Assembly (NCBI GenBank): GCA_963792895.1
Contig: CAWBYA010000002.1
Coordinates: 2,583 to 66,582, forward strand
DNA: 64,000 nucleotides
From: an uncultured Acidimicrobiia bacterium
GTDB taxonomy: Bacteria; Actinomycetota; Acidimicrobiia; Spongiisociales; UBA5794
Reading direction: 5' to 3'
This document shows positions 60,942 to 64,000 of this stretch, one piece after another (position 1 is the stretch's first letter; the number at the start of each line of letters is the position of its first letter). Both the position numbers and the translations under genes were made by a program. The notes under the pieces are model-generated. The model did not search any database. It saw only the letters and a program-made list of their open reading frames with translations, and was not told where the DNA came from.

Positions 60942-61742
60942 ATGACGGCTGCGGGACGGTTCATCGCCGAAGCCCACGACCTCATCGACAGGATCGAGCG
61001 GACGCAGCTCCCGGCAATCGCGGCTGCCTCGGATCTGTGTGCCGACGCCATTGCCGCGGGCGGGTTTGCCCATCTCTTCGGCACGGGTCACTCGCGGATT
61101 CCCATCGAGGAGATGTTCCCCCGCTACGGCTCGTACCCCGGGTTCCACCCGATCGCCGAGCTGTCGATGACGTTCCACACGCAGGTGGCGGGCGCCAACG
61201 GACAGCGCCAGGCAATGTTCATCGAGCGCGTCGAGGGTCTTGCCGAGGTCATCCTCTCGAACTTCCACGTCCTGCCGACCGATGTGATGGCCGTGTTCAG
61301 CGCCGGCGGGACCACCGCCGTGCCGATCGAGATGGCCATGGCGGCAAAACGTCGCGGGCTTCCCGTGATAGCCGTCACAGCCGTGGCCCACTCCCGGGCG
61401 AGCGCGTCGGGCCACAGCTCCGGGACTCGCCTGCTCGATCATGCCGACATCGTCATCGACCTGTGCACGCCGCTCGGCGATGCGATGGTCGCAATCGACG
61501 GCGTCGATACGCCGGTTGGTCCAGGCTCGACGGTCGCGAACGCCGTCATCGTGAACGAGCTGAAAGTCCAGACGGCTGAGCGCCTCAGCGCAAGAGGGGC
61601 GCTGCCGCCCGTGCTGACCAGCTCGGCGGTCGTCGGGGCCACGCGATCGCACGAGCTGTTCGAGGCGGCCTATGACGAGCATGCTCGCCGGCTGGGCCGC
61701 CAGCTCGGCGGGCCCCCTGCCGCAGAGCCACCGTCACTGTGA
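60942..61742 (+). CDS. SIS-domain sugar isomerase
   Basis: FGTGHS, IERVEGLA, HSSGTRL and GDA..GPGST. Confidence 0.85.
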   Translation: MTAAGRFIAEAHDLIDRIERTQLPAIAAASDLCADAIAAGGFAHLFGTGHSRIPIEEMFPRYGSYPGFHPIAELSMTFHTQVAGANGQRQAMFIERVEGLAEVILSNFHVLPTDVMAVFSAGGTTAVPIEMAMAAKRRGLPVIAVTAVAHSRASASGHSSGTRLLDHADIVIDLCTPLGDAMVAIDGVDTPVGPGSTVANAVIVNELKVQTAERLSARGALPPVLTSSAVVGATRSHELFEAAYDEHARRLGRQLGGPPAAEPPSL

Positions 61743-62962
61743 CCTCAGCCGCGAAGATGCTCGGCGCATTGGCCGTGCGGAGGCGGGCGCACCGACCCTT
61801 CGGGGTGATGGTGGCGTCCTTCGTCCTTCTCGGGGCGCCGATGGCTGGGGTGGCTGTGGCCTGGCCCTCCATCGCAGGGGACTTCGGTCTGCCGCTTGGC
61901 GCACTTGGTGTGCTGTCCGTCGCCTTCGGGGTCGGCTACACGGCGTCGACGCTTGCCGCCGGCGTATGGGCGCGCCACGCCTCCACCGAGGTGAGGCTCG
62001 CCGTCTCCGTCACGTTCGCCTGCAGTGCGCTCGCCCTCATGGCCGCTGCACCGGCGTGGGCGGTCCTCGTTGCCGCGACGCTGCTCTTGGGGATCGCCGG
62101 CGGCCAGGTCGACGCTGGGGTCAACGCCCACGTGTCGCTGCGCGGCGAGGTCACCTCGATGGGTGTCATCCATGCGAGCTATGGCCTCGGGGTCGCGCTT
62201 GCACCGCTCCTCGTTGTCGGCCTGAATGCCGAGGGCGCGTCATGGCGGCTGGCGATCGCCGTGCTGGCGGTCGCCGAGGCGGGGGTTGCGCTCGGTTTCT
62301 TGGCTGCCGTGCGGTGGGCACGTTCCGACCGGGTGGCGCCCGAGGCTGCGGCCTCGATTGGCGTCGCCCCGGCTCGCCGCCTGACGTTGAATCTCTCGGT
62401 TGTCGCCTTCCTGGTGTACGGCGGCATCGCCGCAGGAACCGGAACGTGGGCCTACACCGTGTTGACCGAGCAGGGTGGCGTGTCCGGGCCGGTCGCCGGA
62501 GTGGCGGTTGCGGGGTACTGGGCCGGGTTCACCGCGTCCCGGCTCCTTCTCGGTGTCATTGCCCGCCGGATCAGTCTCGAGGCGTTGCCGCAGGCCACGG
62601 TTCTCGCCACGGTGGCGTGCCTTCTCGTCTTCTGGCTGGCGCCAAACCCCGCAATGAGGATGACCGGCCTCGTACTCTCGGGCGTCGCCCACGGTCCCTT
62701 CTTCCCCGTTCAGACGTTGTTGACTCCGCGCCGCTTCGGGAGCGTTCGGTCGCCCGCTGTGGTCGGGTATCAGATCGCAGCGGCCACCTTCGGTGGGGCG
62801 CTCGTGCCCGGCACGATCGGCGTGCTCGTTGCATGGCGAGGGCTCGAGGTGGTGCGTCCAGCACTCGTAGCCGTCGCCGTCGGCCTGGTCGCCATCACCG
62901 AGGCCCTCCGGCGGGCGGCACCGAATCTGCCGGCCGTCTCGGGCGTACCCGTGAGTGGATGA
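61739..62962 (+). CDS. MFS transporter
   Basis: About 12 TM helices; GVAWPSI and DAGVNAHV..HASYGLG. Confidence 0.85.
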   Translation: MTSAAKMLGALAVRRRAHRPFGVMVASFVLLGAPMAGVAVAWPSIAGDFGLPLGALGVLSVAFGVGYTASTLAAGVWARHASTEVRLAVSVTFACSALALMAAAPAWAVLVAATLLLGIAGGQVDAGVNAHVSLRGEVTSMGVIHASYGLGVALAPLLVVGLNAEGASWRLAIAVLAVAEAGVALGFLAAVRWARSDRVAPEAAASIGVAPARRLTLNLSVVAFLVYGGIAAGTGTWAYTVLTEQGGVSGPVAGVAVAGYWAGFTASRLLLGVIARRISLEALPQATVLATVACLLVFWLAPNPAMRMTGLVLSGVAHGPFFPVQTLLTPRRFGSVRSPAVVGYQIAAATFGGALVPGTIGVLVAWRGLEVVRPALVAVAVGLVAITEALRRAAPNLPAVSGVPVSG

Positions 62963-63093
62963 TGCGGCCGGCTTCTCCTCGTCGTCGCCCGGACTTCAGG
63001 CGTCCGTCGGCGCCAAAGCACGTTTCGTCAGCCTCGAAGTTGCGGGTACTTTGGCCTTGACGCCTACAAAAGCTGGTGGTTGACTGCCCTTTG

Positions 63094-64000
63094 ATGACGG
63101 AGCCCGGGGCTTCCCCCCGCACCACGGCGTCCGGCTCGACCGGCGATCTACTCGATCTCATCCGCTCGGGCCGCGCCGGCACGAGGTCTGATCTGTCCCG
63201 CCTCACCGGGCTCGCCCGTTCGACGGTCGCCCAGCGCGTCGATCAGCTCCTTGCCAGCGGCTTGGTGCACGAGGTCGGCGAAGCGCCATCGACGGGCGGG
63301 CGACCTCCCACGGTGCTCGGCTTCAACGAGTCGGCAGGCATCGTCCTCGTCGCGGACCTCGGTGCGACCCATTCCCGGCTCGCCATCACAGACCTCGCAG
63401 GCACCCAGGTTGCCGAAACGACGGAGGACCTCGACGTCGCCCACGGGCCCGATGCCGTACTCACCTGGGTGGCCGAGGGATTGGCCACCATGATCGAGCG
63501 GTCCGGCTGGTCGCCCGATGACGTGCGCGGCGTCGGCATCGGTGTCCCTGGGCCGGTCGAGTTCGCCGCGGGCCGCGCCGTGCACCCTCCCATCATGCCG
63601 GGCTGGGACGGCTACGACATCCGCCGCCGCTTCGTCGACGCCTACGGCGTGCCGGTGCTCGTCGACAACGACGTCAACATCATGGCCTTCGGTGAGTACT
63701 GGGCGATGCCGCACCGTGTCGAAGACCTCATCTTCGTCAAGGTGGGCACCGGCATCGGGTCCGGCCTGATCCTCGGTGGACGGCTCCACCGAGGAGCACG
63801 AGGAGCGGCAGGTGACATAGGACACGTCCAAGCCGGCGACGCTGCGGTCATGTGCCGCTGCGGCAACATGGGCTGCCTCGAAGCCTCGGCCGGTGGGGCT
63901 GCCCTTGCGAGAGCTCTGGGGTCACAAGGGCACGACGCCGAGAACAGCCGCGACGTGGTAGCGCTTGTCCGCGTCGGCAACCACGACGCCATCCAGGCGG
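63094..64000 (+). CDS. ROK family transcriptional regulator (runs off the window)
   Basis: TRSDLSRLTGLARSTV..STGGRPP..DLGATH..DNDVN..GTGIGSG..GDIGH..CRCGNMGCLE. Confidence 0.9.
   Translation, partial: MTEPGASPRTTASGSTGDLLDLIRSGRAGTRSDLSRLTGLARSTVAQRVDQLLASGLVHEVGEAPSTGGRPPTVLGFNESAGIVLVADLGATHSRLAITDLAGTQVAETTEDLDVAHGPDAVLTWVAEGLATMIERSGWSPDDVRGVGIGVPGPVEFAAGRAVHPPIMPGWDGYDIRRRFVDAYGVPVLVDNDVNIMAFGEYWAMPHRVEDLIFVKVGTGIGSGLILGGRLHRGARGAAGDIGHVQAGDAAVMCRCGNMGCLEASAGGAALARALGSQGHDAENSRDVVALVRVGNHDAIQA

Noticed and set aside
58318-64000. Sugar utilisation cluster as a novel system
   Set aside because: SDR, ROK, GntR, SIS and MFS form a common arrangement; only the substrate is unknown.

Overview
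High-GC bacterial DNA, most consistent with an actinobacterium (F420-type enzymes, SARP/BTAD regulators, DtxR, Rex boxes). Many genes carry single-base frameshifts, which suggests an imperfectly polished long-read assembly. Layout: (1) 1-11.1 kb, a catabolic cluster (C45 hydrolase, CaiB CoA-transferase, TcuA-like flavoprotein, cyclase, ABM, ketopantoate reductase, CMD, amidohydrolase, Mo-hydroxylase large subunit, truncated cupin). (2) 11.1-16.6 kb, three toxin-antitoxin cassettes (PIN, HicBA, RHH-Doc). Each is followed by a same-orientation copy of a 57-bp repeat derived from the 3' half of tRNA-Arg(ACG), with an 18-nt hairpin inserted in the T-arm. No integrase or intact tRNA is present, and the region has been invaded by IS481, IS3 and IS30. 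This is the most unusual feature. (3) 16.6-42 kb, accessory genes including pieces of a SARP-kinase-nSTAND-WD40 family and a TIR-membrane protein. (4) 42-64 kb, 5'-nucleotidase, CapA, a DtxR-feoABC operon with split feoB, emfourin-protealysin, an LLM enzyme, a mirror-duplicated Rex-box divergent promoter and a sugar utilisation cluster. All calls come from motif recognition by eye; no searches were run.
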